Shown: positions 49,241-59,627, counted from the stretch's first letter. The stretch is DNA of 64,000 nucleotides from Bacteroidia bacterium (GCA_965279035.1 OZ257142.1:896001-960000); one strand, 5' to 3'. Translations and numbers: made by a program. The notes: generated from the letters alone by a model not told the origin.

Positions 49241-49852
49241 ATGAAAATCATTTGCATTGGTCGAAATTATTCTGAACACGCCAAAGAATTAAATAATCCT
49301 GTTCCAGCAAATCCGGTTTTTTTCATGAAGCCCGATACCGCTTTATTGAAAGATGGAGCTCCTTTTTATCTACCCGATTTTTCCTCCGAAATTCATCACG
49401 AAATTGAAGTTGTCTTAAAAATTTCTAAAGCAGGAAAGCATATAGCAGAAGAATTTGCTGGGAATTACTTCGATGAAATTGGACTTGGAATCGATTTTAC
49501 TGCACGCGACCTTCAACAAGAATGTAAATCCAAAGGATTGCCTTGGGAAATTGCCAAAGCATTTGATGGTTCTGCTCCAATCGGATCGTTTAAAAACAAA
49601 AATGAATTCAGTAATTTAAATGCTCTGGAGTTTCATTTAAACATCAATGGAGAAACTCGCCAGTTGGGAAATACAGCCGATTTGCTATTTCATTTTGAGA
49701 AGGTTATCTCTTACGTTTCTCAATTCATTTCACTAAAAACTGGTGATTTAATTTTCACTGGAACGCCTGCTGGTGTTGGTCCAGTTCACATTGGTGATCG
49801 ACTTCAAGGATATTTAAATAAGGAATTACTGATTGATTTTACGATCAAGTAA
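49241..49852 (+). CDS. Fumarylacetoacetate hydrolase family protein
   Basis: KIICIGRNY..H, FFMKP, HHEIE, DFTARDLQ, KAFD, GDLIFTGTPAGVG. Confidence 0.95.
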   Translation: MKIICIGRNYSEHAKELNNPVPANPVFFMKPDTALLKDGAPFYLPDFSSEIHHEIEVVLKISKAGKHIAEEFAGNYFDEIGLGIDFTARDLQQECKSKGLPWEIAKAFDGSAPIGSFKNKNEFSNLNALEFHLNINGETRQLGNTADLLFHFEKVISYVSQFISLKTGDLIFTGTPAGVGPVHIGDRLQGYLNKELLIDFTIK

Positions 49853-49857
49853 TTCGA

Positions 49858-51027
49858 TCAATTTCCTATCACCTGTTGCTTTCTCGGAATTAAATCGTAC
49901 AGAATTTTTAACCAAACGAGAAGGAGTGGAACTACTTTCACAACGTATGGATAAATATATTCTGTTCGAATAACACGCGGCATCAAATCCGTTGAACTAA
50001 ACGAGGTAAATACAAGCGCTAGAATCAATAATACAAGATTCGCTTTCGTCTTTTCTGCACTCACATACCATATCGCAACTCCCGTCATGGCTATCACCAA
50101 GGTAGGCGACTCCGACATATGGTTAAATAATATTACCCAAATCAGAATCTGGGCAAGCATGACCAATTGATACGAAGTTTCCTTATATCGATCTTTTCGG
50201 AGTAAAGTCAGCAAATACACTACAACACCTGAAATTAAAAGCAATGTTTTGTCCGGATTTAAGCCAAACCAGTAATGCAGCCAACCAATAACAGAAAAGC
50301 CATAATTCAGGCTATGATCTGAACTTAAAATATGCGTCCAGCTTTTATATAAAAACAGCAGTTGATTCGGGCTGACTACAATTAAAGGGATGAACGTAAA
50401 AAGTAGAAACCAGCAGCTTGTCCATTTAAACATGCGCCATTTACCTGGAAAAAACAGGAAAAGACTAAAAGCAACAATCCCAAAAAGCTTAATAAAAACG
50501 GTGATAGAAATACATAATGTTGCTAAAGCGATATTGTCTCGTTGAAGATAAGCAATGGATAATATGATCAATCCGGCAATAAGTGCATTGCATTGAGAGT
50601 TTTGAATACTCGTCATCATTTCCATGGTGAGTATAAGCAATGCGATGCCTTTCTGTTCAGCACTGATTCCTTTTAATAAGTGTATTCCTCTTACTAATAT
50701 GAGTGTATTTAATCCATTCCAAAGGATCAATCCCAGCCAATCGGGTAATGCATTAAAGAATCCGAAAACGAGGGCGAACGCTGGACTGTATTTATAAATA
50801 TCGAAATGTTCTGTTGGATAATATTGATAAAGATCCAATCCATGAATCAAGTGTTCAAAAGCATATCTGAAAATAACATAATTGTTATAATGCGAGTGAA
50901 CAATGCCGTGTGTTGTTTTGTCTCCTAATAAGATCGATTGAATAGCTGTAATAATGGCAAGAAGTCCAAATACAACATACCAACTACTTGGTTTAGAAAG
51001 CCAAGTTCTTAATACAGCTTTATTCAC
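49858..51027 (-). CDS. GT87 / DUF2029 family membrane glycosyltransferase (GT-C)
   Basis: YNNYVIFR, DLY, YKYSPAF, NSQCN, IKLFG, ESPT, many TM helices; GTG start. Confidence 0.8.
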   Translation of the reverse strand: MNKAVLRTWLSKPSSWYVVFGLLAIITAIQSILLGDKTTHGIVHSHYNNYVIFRYAFEHLIHGLDLYQYYPTEHFDIYKYSPAFALVFGFFNALPDWLGLILWNGLNTLILVRGIHLLKGISAEQKGIALLILTMEMMTSIQNSQCNALIAGLIILSIAYLQRDNIALATLCISITVFIKLFGIVAFSLFLFFPGKWRMFKWTSCWFLLFTFIPLIVVSPNQLLFLYKSWTHILSSDHSLNYGFSVIGWLHYWFGLNPDKTLLLISGVVVYLLTLLRKDRYKETSYQLVMLAQILIWVILFNHMSESPTLVIAMTGVAIWYVSAEKTKANLVLLILALVFTSFSSTDLMPRVIRTEYIYPYVVKVVPLLLVWLKILYDLIPRKQQVIGN

Positions 51028-51032
51028 GAATA

Positions 51033-52991
51033 TTATTTATTTAAAACAGTAAATTCAGTTCTTCGGTTCTTTTGTTTTCCTTCGGGCGTTGCGTTGGAAG
51101 CAATGGGTTTTGTTTTTCCATATCCTTTCGATTGAATACGATCGGCTAAAATTCCTTTTCCTACAAGATATGTTTTAACCGACTCAGCTCTTTGTTGAGA
51201 GAGTTTCATATTGGCATCATCTGCTCCAACATCATCAGTATGGCCTCCAACTTCAATTTTCATGGTTGGGTTTTTCTCCAAAAACTCGATAAGCTTTTTC
51301 AATTCTGTTTGTGATTGTGTTTCCAATGTGGAAGATCCAGAAGCGAAGAAGATATTCTTCAAAACAATACGTTCTCCAGCTTCAATTGCATTCATGGGAA
51401 TATCGGCTTCAAATACATCGCTTGCTTTCAATGTTTTTCCTAAAGTGTAATTCTCCGAATAAAATAAATATCCTGGAGCACTTACATTCAAAGCGTAGGA
51501 AGAACCTGAAGGAAGACTCACCAAAAATTCTCCTGTTACCTTATCCGAGGAACTAACAACGCGTGTTAAACCAGTTGCTAAATCAATAACTTCGAAATTG
51601 GCTTTCATCGGTTTGCCTGTTTTACTATCGCTTACTTTTCCTCTTAAAAATGTAACAGGCGATGGTTGCGCTTCTGTATATAAATCGAATGAGTAAATAT
51701 CTCTTACTCCAACACCACCTTCTCTATCTGAACTGAAATATCCCTTTTTCCCATCAGCACTAACGATCAGATGGATTTCTTCATTCTTTGTATTGATTGG
51801 ATATCCTAAATTAATTGGCCTTCCCCAAGTTCCATCTGCTTTTCGTTTTGAGTAAAAAATATCTTTCCCTCCCATTCCTGGATGACCGGCTGATGAGAAA
51901 TACAATGTTTGTCCATCAGGGTGCAAATACGGACCGAACTCATCTAATGATGTATTAATCGAATCTCCTAAATTCTCTGGAATTGACCAACGACCATTGC
52001 TACGTTTTGTCGATATCCATAAATCGGCAGCTCCTTTTCCTCCTGATCTTCGGCTAGAAAATACCAACGATTGTCCATCGGCTGATAAAGTTGGTTGAGC
52101 ATCCCAAACACCCGAATTTACTAAATCTCCTAAGTTTTGAGGAGCTGACCACTTATCTCCACTTCGTTCGCTGAAATACAAATCGCAGCTGCCTAAACCA
52201 TCGGGGCGATCACATCCCGTAAAAAAGAAATATCGTCCATCAGGTGAAATCGAATGCGCTCCTTCATTTCTGTGTGTATTTATGGGAGAACCTAATGGAA
52301 TTGCCGGCAACCATTCTCCTTTAATTCGTTTGCTATAATAAAAATCTTCCTCAAACGGAGAACCGATTACCTCAGTTAAATCATCCCGTGGGCGCATGCG
52401 AGTGAATATCAATAGATCTTCATCCACAGTTAACGAAGGATGATAATCGCTATATTCTGAATTGATGTTCTTTCCCATATTCACTGGGTTAAAAGGAACA
52501 GGATTCTTGATTGCATTTTCAGCAAATTGAGCACTAGCTAATCGAAGTGTTCCTTTTGAACGCATTTCAGGATTCACTTTCGGATAGGATAAAAATTTCT
52601 TTAGCTGAACTTGAGCATCAACATAATCTTCCATCTCCATTTCAACACCAGCCAAATTATAATAGAGTGGGGGAAATTTATCCGGTTGAATGCTAATGGC
52701 CTTTTTATAATGCTCAATGGCTTCTGAACTTTTCTTTAAATCGTTACAAACATCTGCTAATAGCATATGTGCATCAAAGAAGTTTTCATCTTCCTTGGTA
52801 GCTTTCAATAAAAAGGAATAGGCATCTTCATTTTTTTTATACTCATAGTTTTGCAAACCTTCATTGAAATACTGGATTGCCTTGCGGTTTGTTGAACCGA
52901 GTTGGCGCGGCTGAGCAATTGCACAAGAAATGAAAAGGAAATTCCCCAGAATGATGAGAATCCAATTCAGTATATAAGAGTGTCTATTCAT
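51033..52991 (-). CDS. PorE-like protein: TPR + PD40 beta-propeller + carboxypeptidase-regulatory-like + OmpA domain
   Basis: TPRs, repeated NLG..IN/SPDG..YFSS PD40 units, LRGKVSD, IEVGGHTD..N.KLSQQRA..NRRTEF. Confidence 0.88.
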   Translation of the reverse strand: MNRHSYILNWILIILGNFLFISCAIAQPRQLGSTNRKAIQYFNEGLQNYEYKKNEDAYSFLLKATKEDENFFDAHMLLADVCNDLKKSSEAIEHYKKAISIQPDKFPPLYYNLAGVEMEMEDYVDAQVQLKKFLSYPKVNPEMRSKGTLRLASAQFAENAIKNPVPFNPVNMGKNINSEYSDYHPSLTVDEDLLIFTRMRPRDDLTEVIGSPFEEDFYYSKRIKGEWLPAIPLGSPINTHRNEGAHSISPDGRYFFFTGCDRPDGLGSCDLYFSERSGDKWSAPQNLGDLVNSGVWDAQPTLSADGQSLVFSSRRSGGKGAADLWISTKRSNGRWSIPENLGDSINTSLDEFGPYLHPDGQTLYFSSAGHPGMGGKDIFYSKRKADGTWGRPINLGYPINTKNEEIHLIVSADGKKGYFSSDREGGVGVRDIYSFDLYTEAQPSPVTFLRGKVSDSKTGKPMKANFEVIDLATGLTRVVSSSDKVTGEFLVSLPSGSSYALNVSAPGYLFYSENYTLGKTLKASDVFEADIPMNAIEAGERIVLKNIFFASGSSTLETQSQTELKKLIEFLEKNPTMKIEVGGHTDDVGADDANMKLSQQRAESVKTYLVGKGILADRIQSKGYGKTKPIASNATPEGKQKNRRTEFTVLNK

Positions 52992-53066
52992 AGGGAACGA
53001 ATGTACCCGTAAAACGCAAAACCCCAACCATTTCTGATTAGGGTCTTGCACAAAATATTGTTAAAA

Positions 53067-56000
53067 TTATTGGCGGATAACCGTAACGTCTCCTTTTATT
53101 TTTTCTCCATTAGATAATTCTAGGATGTAAAAATAAACTCCATCAGGATGATTGCCTGCTTGCCAGTCATTTACATATCCATTCGAATTGTAAATCTCAC
53201 TTCCCCAACGATTGAAGATGACAATTTTTGAATCTGGGAAAGCTTCTAATCCTTGTATTACAAAGAAGTCGTTTTTACCATCACCATTCGGTGTGAATGA
53301 ATTTGGAACAGCTACTGAATTTGAAATTGTATAATCACGTGATGTAGTATCAGCGCAGCCTGCAGCATCTTTTACAATCAAAGTAACTGTTAGTTTACCT
53401 TGACTAGAATAAGCATGTGAGGTATTCTGAGTATTCACATTTGAATTATCTCCAAAGTTCCAATTCCAATTCGTAGGCGCACCCGATGATGCATCTGTAA
53501 ATGAAATAGCTACTCCTGTTTGAGATCCTGTAGTTGGATTGGATGTGAAATCAGCAGTAGGACCAGATTCTGTTATCACAATTCCATCGCTATTCACACA
53601 ACCATTAGCATCTGTAATAGTTAGCATGTAATTGCCTGCAGATAAATTTACATTTTGAGTACTTAAATCATTGCTCCATGAATAGGTCGTCATATTATCT
53701 GGACCATCGACTTCAACTGTAAAGCCTTTACAAACTGATAAACTATCAGTAAGATCAATGGCTGGTAAAGCAAGGATTACTACTTGAACAAAAGCACTGT
53801 CGGTCGATTTACAACCATTCAATTCGGCTGCTAAAGAATACTCACCAGCATTTATCGAACTCATATTATTGATCGTAATGCTTCCAGCCGAATTGGAATA
53901 TCCCGGACCATTCCAGAAATAGACTGTACCAGATTCATTATTCGAACTCAGATTTAATGTTGAGCCATCACAAATCGATAAATCTCCTGTAATAGTTGGT
54001 GTTTGAGGGTATGGATTGAAGGTTACTGTTACAGTATCCGAATCGGCACATCCAATGCTGTTTGTTATTTTCAACCAATAATCTCCGCTTGTGCTTACTT
54101 GTAAAGTAGAACCGGATGAATTATCCTGCCATAAATAAGTAACATTTGAAGTTGTATCTGCTGAAAGAATTATTGGGGTATTTCCGCAAATCGTAGAATC
54201 GCTAAATGCAAAGCTGAATTGAGGACTAGCTAAAATTGTAATCGATGCAGAATCAGGATCAGATGGACATCCATTCGAATAATAATAGGCTGCATATGTT
54301 CCTGATTGACTAATTGCAATATTGTTTAAGTCGAGTTGTGGTGAAGTGGAATTAGTTGTATCACCAACAGCAACCCAATAATAAGTATTTCCCGATAATG
54401 CTGGCAATGAAAGACTTAATGTTTGTCCAGCACATAAAGAATCTACAGTCACATTTTGACCATTAACACTCAATGTTGGAGCAGGAGGTCTTACTGAGAA
54501 AGTAAGGTTTACAGTATCCGATTTAACACATCCTTCTGGATTGGTAACAGAAACAGAATACTCACCACTTTCAGAAACAGTAAACGTTTGATTGGTCGAT
54601 TGATCTTGCCATTCGTACGTATAACCAGTTCCAGTTCCAGCATCAAGAACTAAATCTTGAACATTACATAGCGTATCCGAAAGTCCGATATACACTTCAG
54701 GTGTAGGATTTACAAGTATCGAGACTGTGTCATAAAAACTTTCACATCCTCCCACATTGTAAAATGCTTTATAATCTCCCGATTGTGCTTCAGTGATAGA
54801 AATGAAGTTCAGAACATCTCCAGAGAAAATTGTATTATTCGGTCCAATCCAAGCATAATTTGCATCTTGTAAAGGAGACATTTGAAGACTTAAAGATGTT
54901 CCTGCACAAACTGTGTCTGCGTCTACTGAAGGATCAAAAGGAAGAATGACTGCTGTTGGAGTAATTGGTCTTGGAGCCGTGTAAATTCGAATTGAATCGG
55001 CTGCCCTACATCCTTGATAATCTGTAATGATTACGGAATATAAACCACTGTCAGAAGCTATGAAAAAAGGATCGGTGCTTCCATCTTGCCATTCAAAAAG
55101 AAAAACACCCGGTACACTTAATAACAATTGAGAACCTTCACAGATAGTATCTCTTGATGCTTGAATAGTAGCTGCTGGTAAATAGTAACTCACAGAAACC
55201 GTATCGGTAGCTGTACACTCATTACCACTTAATGTACTTACCCAATACGTACCTGGATCAAAAACAATTATCTTTTGAGTTGTATCTCCTGTGCTCCACA
55301 AATATTCAGTTTTACCTGGGCCAGCATCCAAAATGGCTGAATCACCCAAACATAATGATCGATTAATACCCAATTCTAAGTATGAGAAATTGGTAAAATA
55401 TCCATAATTACAACTCGCTCCTTGTTGATAGGTTATCCCCATGTGGAAGAGCTCCTCGCTGAAATTTTGCAATAAAGCACCTTGTCCAACTGGAATTTCA
55501 GCTGTAGTAAATGCTTTTCGCATATACACCCAAACACCATTTGATCCTGGTACTGGTTGAAAATCGGCAGCAGTAATTAATGATGGATTTCCATTTAATA
55601 AGAACGAACCTTCAGAACCAGCTTTGATGGTCAAGTTCATTTTGAAATTCGCATTACCAGTACGAGTAAAACCTACTTGGTTTGATCCAGTACATTCTAA
55701 AGATGGTATGATTGCTCCTGCAATCTGATCACCTACACCCGAAAGATGCAATACATAAATTGGTTTGCTTCCTTCAATAAATCCAGCTGCTGCTGAAAAT
55801 GAATACGTGTATTGTTGACCTGTATTTAATGTTGCTACAGGAGTTAAACTTCCATCAATGAAAATATCTGTTCCATCTTGGGTTGCTAAAACATATACTT
55901 TATCACCAGGTGTTCCTAAATCTCCACGAACAACGATGTGTTTAAATCCGCATTTGTCGATAGAAATCAATTGATCGGCTGCTAAATCGGCACCACCATC

Positions 56001-56750
56001 AGTTGCTAAATTCAAATCGAGCATGTCGTCTTTGATAGTAACTGCAATTGGGCGATCAGATTCAATTTTTGTCCCTGCAGGTTTTGCTAATGCTGTTTGG
56101 TCAATAGCTTCGCAAAAATAGGTTTGACCACGATGCATATATACACTGAACGGAACACCCGCTTGGTGATTCAATATATCAATAGATGGAGTAATCGTTA
56201 CTGTTGTAGAATCATCTGTTGCTACAATAACAAATCCGCTTCTTGGAGCCGGAATGTATGGACTGCCTCCTAAACTTTGATCGTTTTCCCATTCCGTTTG
56301 AAAAGGGGTATAGAATAATGTTCCGTTAGCATTTTTTCCTTTCAAGGCAACCAAATCGCGATTAGCTGCAGCTCCTAACTCATAATAAGCAGTTATTGGT
56401 GCTGTCGAACGAATCAAAATTCCTGTACTCAATACTGAATCTGGAATCCGTGTTTCAATTTGATCTAACCAATTCGTTAGATTAATTGTTTGAGTTGAGC
56501 TTGCAGCCAAATTAACTACAATTGGAGCAAACGATAAATTCGCAGGCTGCCATAAAGTAATTTGTGCAGGATCAGTTAAAGTAGAAACAACAACCTGAAT
56601 AGGTCTATCTCTATAGGCATTTCCGTTGATTTCACCTTGGGTTCCTTGAGTTAAATCGGGCGCGCCAAACCAAAATTCTTGGTCAATTTGGGCTTTAGCC
56701 TGAAAACAAAAAATGGAAATGAAGATGACAACAAGTAGCGGGTTTCGCAT
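53067..56750 (-). CDS. T9SS type B cargo (gliding-motility-associated CTD) with IgGFc-binding-like N-terminus, Ig-like repeats and PKD
   Basis: IVATDDSTTVTITP and GTKIESDRPIAV (IgGFc-binding-like); YLWSTG/WQD repeats; VPNSFTPNGDGKNDFF..IFNRWG..DGVYFY. Confidence 0.88.
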   Translation of the reverse strand: MRNPLLVVIFISIFCFQAKAQIDQEFWFGAPDLTQGTQGEINGNAYRDRPIQVVVSTLTDPAQITLWQPANLSFAPIVVNLAASSTQTINLTNWLDQIETRIPDSVLSTGILIRSTAPITAYYELGAAANRDLVALKGKNANGTLFYTPFQTEWENDQSLGGSPYIPAPRSGFVIVATDDSTTVTITPSIDILNHQAGVPFSVYMHRGQTYFCEAIDQTALAKPAGTKIESDRPIAVTIKDDMLDLNLATDGGADLAADQLISIDKCGFKHIVVRGDLGTPGDKVYVLATQDGTDIFIDGSLTPVATLNTGQQYTYSFSAAAGFIEGSKPIYVLHLSGVGDQIAGAIIPSLECTGSNQVGFTRTGNANFKMNLTIKAGSEGSFLLNGNPSLITAADFQPVPGSNGVWVYMRKAFTTAEIPVGQGALLQNFSEELFHMGITYQQGASCNYGYFTNFSYLELGINRSLCLGDSAILDAGPGKTEYLWSTGDTTQKIIVFDPGTYWVSTLSGNECTATDTVSVSYYLPAATIQASRDTICEGSQLLLSVPGVFLFEWQDGSTDPFFIASDSGLYSVIITDYQGCRAADSIRIYTAPRPITPTAVILPFDPSVDADTVCAGTSLSLQMSPLQDANYAWIGPNNTIFSGDVLNFISITEAQSGDYKAFYNVGGCESFYDTVSILVNPTPEVYIGLSDTLCNVQDLVLDAGTGTGYTYEWQDQSTNQTFTVSESGEYSVSVTNPEGCVKSDTVNLTFSVRPPAPTLSVNGQNVTVDSLCAGQTLSLSLPALSGNTYYWVAVGDTTNSTSPQLDLNNIAISQSGTYAAYYYSNGCPSDPDSASITILASPQFSFAFSDSTICGNTPIILSADTTSNVTYLWQDNSSGSTLQVSTSGDYWLKITNSIGCADSDTVTVTFNPYPQTPTITGDLSICDGSTLNLSSNNESGTVYFWNGPGYSNSAGSITINNMSSINAGEYSLAAELNGCKSTDSAFVQVVILALPAIDLTDSLSVCKGFTVEVDGPDNMTTYSWSNDLSTQNVNLSAGNYMLTITDANGCVNSDGIVITESGPTADFTSNPTTGSQTGVAISFTDASSGAPTNWNWNFGDNSNVNTQNTSHAYSSQGKLTVTLIVKDAAGCADTTSRDYTISNSVAVPNSFTPNGDGKNDFFVIQGLEAFPDSKIVIFNRWGSEIYNSNGYVNDWQAGNHPDGVYFYILELSNGEKIKGDVTVIRQ

Positions 56751-57023
56751 AACTGCTGGGCTTTGGGTTTAGTTCTATTATGAGCGAATAATGAACGAAA
56801 GGATGAAGGAAAAGATTTTTTCCTCGGCTGTTTACTCTAATCTTTTTAAAAAGGTTTCAAAATTTCAGAATGGGCATGCAAATTTGCTCAAACTTTATTT
56901 AATTCTAGCATATAATATACGAATGAATCTTACTTCTAGTGTATTTTATGAATGCAGTTTATTCAAATTGGAAGATTGCTAATTTAATTTGGCAGAGTTT
57001 GTATCTGCATGTTTATCTACAAA

Positions 57024-58982
57024 TTATTTCCTGCCAATTTTCTTCCATGAATTTATAAGAATTGCAAAGTCCTTTTTTATTCGATAATCTTTTGCATATA
57101 ATAAATTCGATTGCTGTTTCATCTTATCATCAGCCTGAATTCCCTTATAAGGATCAAGTGGGTTTAATACTCCAGGTAATAGCTTAGGTAATGAATTAAT
57201 TTTATCCTCTATGGAATATCCAATCCATGTTTTCTTATTAAATAATATTTGGAAAATATGATTTATTGTCTCAATTCTATTGGAAATAAATAAAGTGAAT
57301 ATTGGAAAAAAGAATAGAAAAAACAAAGAAACAAGGATATCGAAAACTCGTTTTTTTCTTCTGTTTGATGGCCTATCAATGGAATTCAAGCCAATTGTGT
57401 ACAATTCTCCACTAGTTTGAATCGAATTACTTCCTATAATAAACAAGCTTTCCGGAGGAGCAATTTTGTATTCTAATTCAGGATGATTTATCATCATCAT
57501 TTTATCCATAATCTGAGCAGAAGTCAAATCTTTACCGCAAAATATTAATTCATTGATAGAGAAAATCTCTACCATTTCTCTCAATCGATTTAGATTTCCT
57601 GCAAATCCTGATTGAGGATCAATTTCTGATTCTGGTGAAACAATTCCTAAATAAGCTGTTTTAACTGGTGATTGATTCAATAATGCAGCGATTCTGCCTC
57701 CCTCACTTTCAGTTCCAATAATCAGAATTCGTTTCATTTCCCTTTCTTCTGGAAAAAAACTCTTATGACGAAATAAATTATAAATCATTCTATTGAGTGT
57801 TGCTGAAATCATTGCCCATCCAGCACCAACTAATGTTAAGAATCTGGAATAACGATGCATTTCATCCAACATTCCATAAACTACCAAAATGACTAATGTA
57901 CCTATTGCTAATCCTCTAATTGTTTTTAATATTTTCAAAGGCCTATCGTATCCACCACTTAGCCAAGTGAATGACAGCCAACAGACTATATACAAAGGAA
58001 CAGCTATCCATAGAAATTCTCTTGGATAATAAATTCCACTTCTACTTGCCCAATAATCTTTTAAGAAATACATCCCAATAAAAATGATTCCCGCATCTGT
58101 TATGGGTAACCAAACTGTTGAAACGACTCTTGAAAGTACCGAAAATGCTGCTCTTAAATAAACCGCCGATTTAATAAAAAGACTAAATAGGCGAGCATTT
58201 TTCTGTGAGAAGTGCTTATTAGCAAAAATAATCATCGCTTGATAAAACACGAATACATAGTTGATGCTGCTCTTCTTTGTGCTTTCTCCCCTATAATGTA
58301 TGATCCGTGTTTTTGGGTGATAATAGATTTTATAACCTGCTTGACTAATACGATAACTTAAATCAATGTCTTCACCATACATGAAGAAATCTTCATCAAG
58401 AAAACCTGCTTTGTCTAATGCTTTTTTCCGCATAAACATAAAGGCTCCAGATAATATTTCAATCTCATTCGTTTCCTCTTTATCAAGATAGCCTAAGTGA
58501 TATTTACCAAAGAACTTGGATTTTGGAAACAAGCGAGCAAGTCCAAATATTTTAAAAAAAGCAACTTGAGGAGTTGGTAAACCTCTTTTTGATTCGGGTA
58601 AAAAATTCCCTTTTCCATCTATGAGTTTTACACCTAAAGCACCAGCATCAGGCATAGAATCCATGAACTCAATACATGTGCTGAATGTATCTTCTTCAAC
58701 AACCGTATCGGGATTCAATAGCAATACATATTCACCTTGTGCAATGCGAATTGCTTGATTATTTGCTTTACTAAAACCAGCGTTATTTTTATTTGCAATC
58801 AACTTCACTTCAGGAAACTTCTCCCGTATCATCTCCACAGAACCATCCACCGAATTATTGTCAACAACAAAAATTTCACCTTCAATTCCTTGAAGTGCTT
58901 TACTAACCGACTGAACACATTGCTCTAAAAAATGTCGGACATTGTAATTAACGATAATGACAGATAGTTTCATTCCATTCAT
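57024..58982 (-). CDS. GT2 glycosyltransferase fused to TM, Rossmann-like and partial sugar-transferase domains
   Basis: LSVIIVNYN, VVDNNS.DGS, LLLNPD, SGAFM, FFMYGEDIDL; then TMs, RILIIG, KRVFDI. Confidence 0.88.
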   Translation of the reverse strand: MNGMKLSVIIVNYNVRHFLEQCVQSVSKALQGIEGEIFVVDNNSVDGSVEMIREKFPEVKLIANKNNAGFSKANNQAIRIAQGEYVLLLNPDTVVEEDTFSTCIEFMDSMPDAGALGVKLIDGKGNFLPESKRGLPTPQVAFFKIFGLARLFPKSKFFGKYHLGYLDKEETNEIEILSGAFMFMRKKALDKAGFLDEDFFMYGEDIDLSYRISQAGYKIYYHPKTRIIHYRGESTKKSSINYVFVFYQAMIIFANKHFSQKNARLFSLFIKSAVYLRAAFSVLSRVVSTVWLPITDAGIIFIGMYFLKDYWASRSGIYYPREFLWIAVPLYIVCWLSFTWLSGGYDRPLKILKTIRGLAIGTLVILVVYGMLDEMHRYSRFLTLVGAGWAMISATLNRMIYNLFRHKSFFPEEREMKRILIIGTESEGGRIAALLNQSPVKTAYLGIVSPESEIDPQSGFAGNLNRLREMVEIFSINELIFCGKDLTSAQIMDKMMMINHPELEYKIAPPESLFIIGSNSIQTSGELYTIGLNSIDRPSNRRKKRVFDILVSLFFLFFFPIFTLFISNRIETINHIFQILFNKKTWIGYSIEDKINSLPKLLPGVLNPLDPYKGIQADDKMKQQSNLLYAKDYRIKKDFAILINSWKKIGRK

Positions 58983-58983
58983 T

Positions 58984-59625
58984 TCAGGGAATGTGCATGT
59001 ATTTATGGGTTTGTAATGATATCATCCAGCGAGGATTCTCTTTTACAAATTCCACAATTTCTGACATTAATTGAGATGCTTTACTCCATTCAGGTTGTAT
59101 GTAACGAATGCACTTTTCATTAATATCCTGTAAATGTTGGTTTGCCCAATTGAAATCTTGTTTATTAAAAACAATCACTTTCAACTCATCAGCCCGTTCA
59201 AGTAAATCTTTACGTGGAGCTTTAAATTTTTTGGGTGAAACACAAACCCAATCAAATTCACCACTTAAAGGATATGCGCCTGAAGTTTCTAAGAATATTC
59301 TTATTCCACGGTTCTTCAACATCAAGGTCAATGGAGCTAAATTATAAATCAAGGGTTCTCCACCCGTAATGACTACAGCTTTCGCTGGATATAAAGCTGC
59401 CTTTTCTACAATTTCAGCAATATTGGTTAGTGGATGAAGATTCGCATCCCAGGATTCTTTCACATCACACCAATGGCATCCTACATCACATCCACCTAAA
59501 CGAATAAAATAAGCCGCTTGTCCAGTATTAAAACCCTCTCCTTGAATGGTGTAAAAGTCCTCCATGAGTGGAAGTGCATTTCCATTATCAAGTAAAATCT
59601 GTTGGGCTTCAGTCAAATTGGCCAT
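58984..59625 (-). CDS. queE: 7-carboxy-7-deazaguanine synthase
   Basis: FYTIQGEG, FIRLGGCDVGCHWCD, VITGGEP, LETSG, SPK, SLQTHK. Confidence 0.95.
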   Translation of the reverse strand: MANLTEAQQILLDNGNALPLMEDFYTIQGEGFNTGQAAYFIRLGGCDVGCHWCDVKESWDANLHPLTNIAEIVEKAALYPAKAVVITGGEPLIYNLAPLTLMLKNRGIRIFLETSGAYPLSGEFDWVCVSPKKFKAPRKDLLERADELKVIVFNKQDFNWANQHLQDINEKCIRYIQPEWSKASQLMSEIVEFVKENPRWMISLQTHKYMHIP

Positions 59626-59627
59626 TC

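Noticed and set aside
56751-59000. Visibly AT-rich stretch as a horizontally acquired island
   Set aside because: It contains an ordinary GT2 gene contiguous with queE-folD-ffh, with no mobility genes or boundary repeats; GC content could not be computed.
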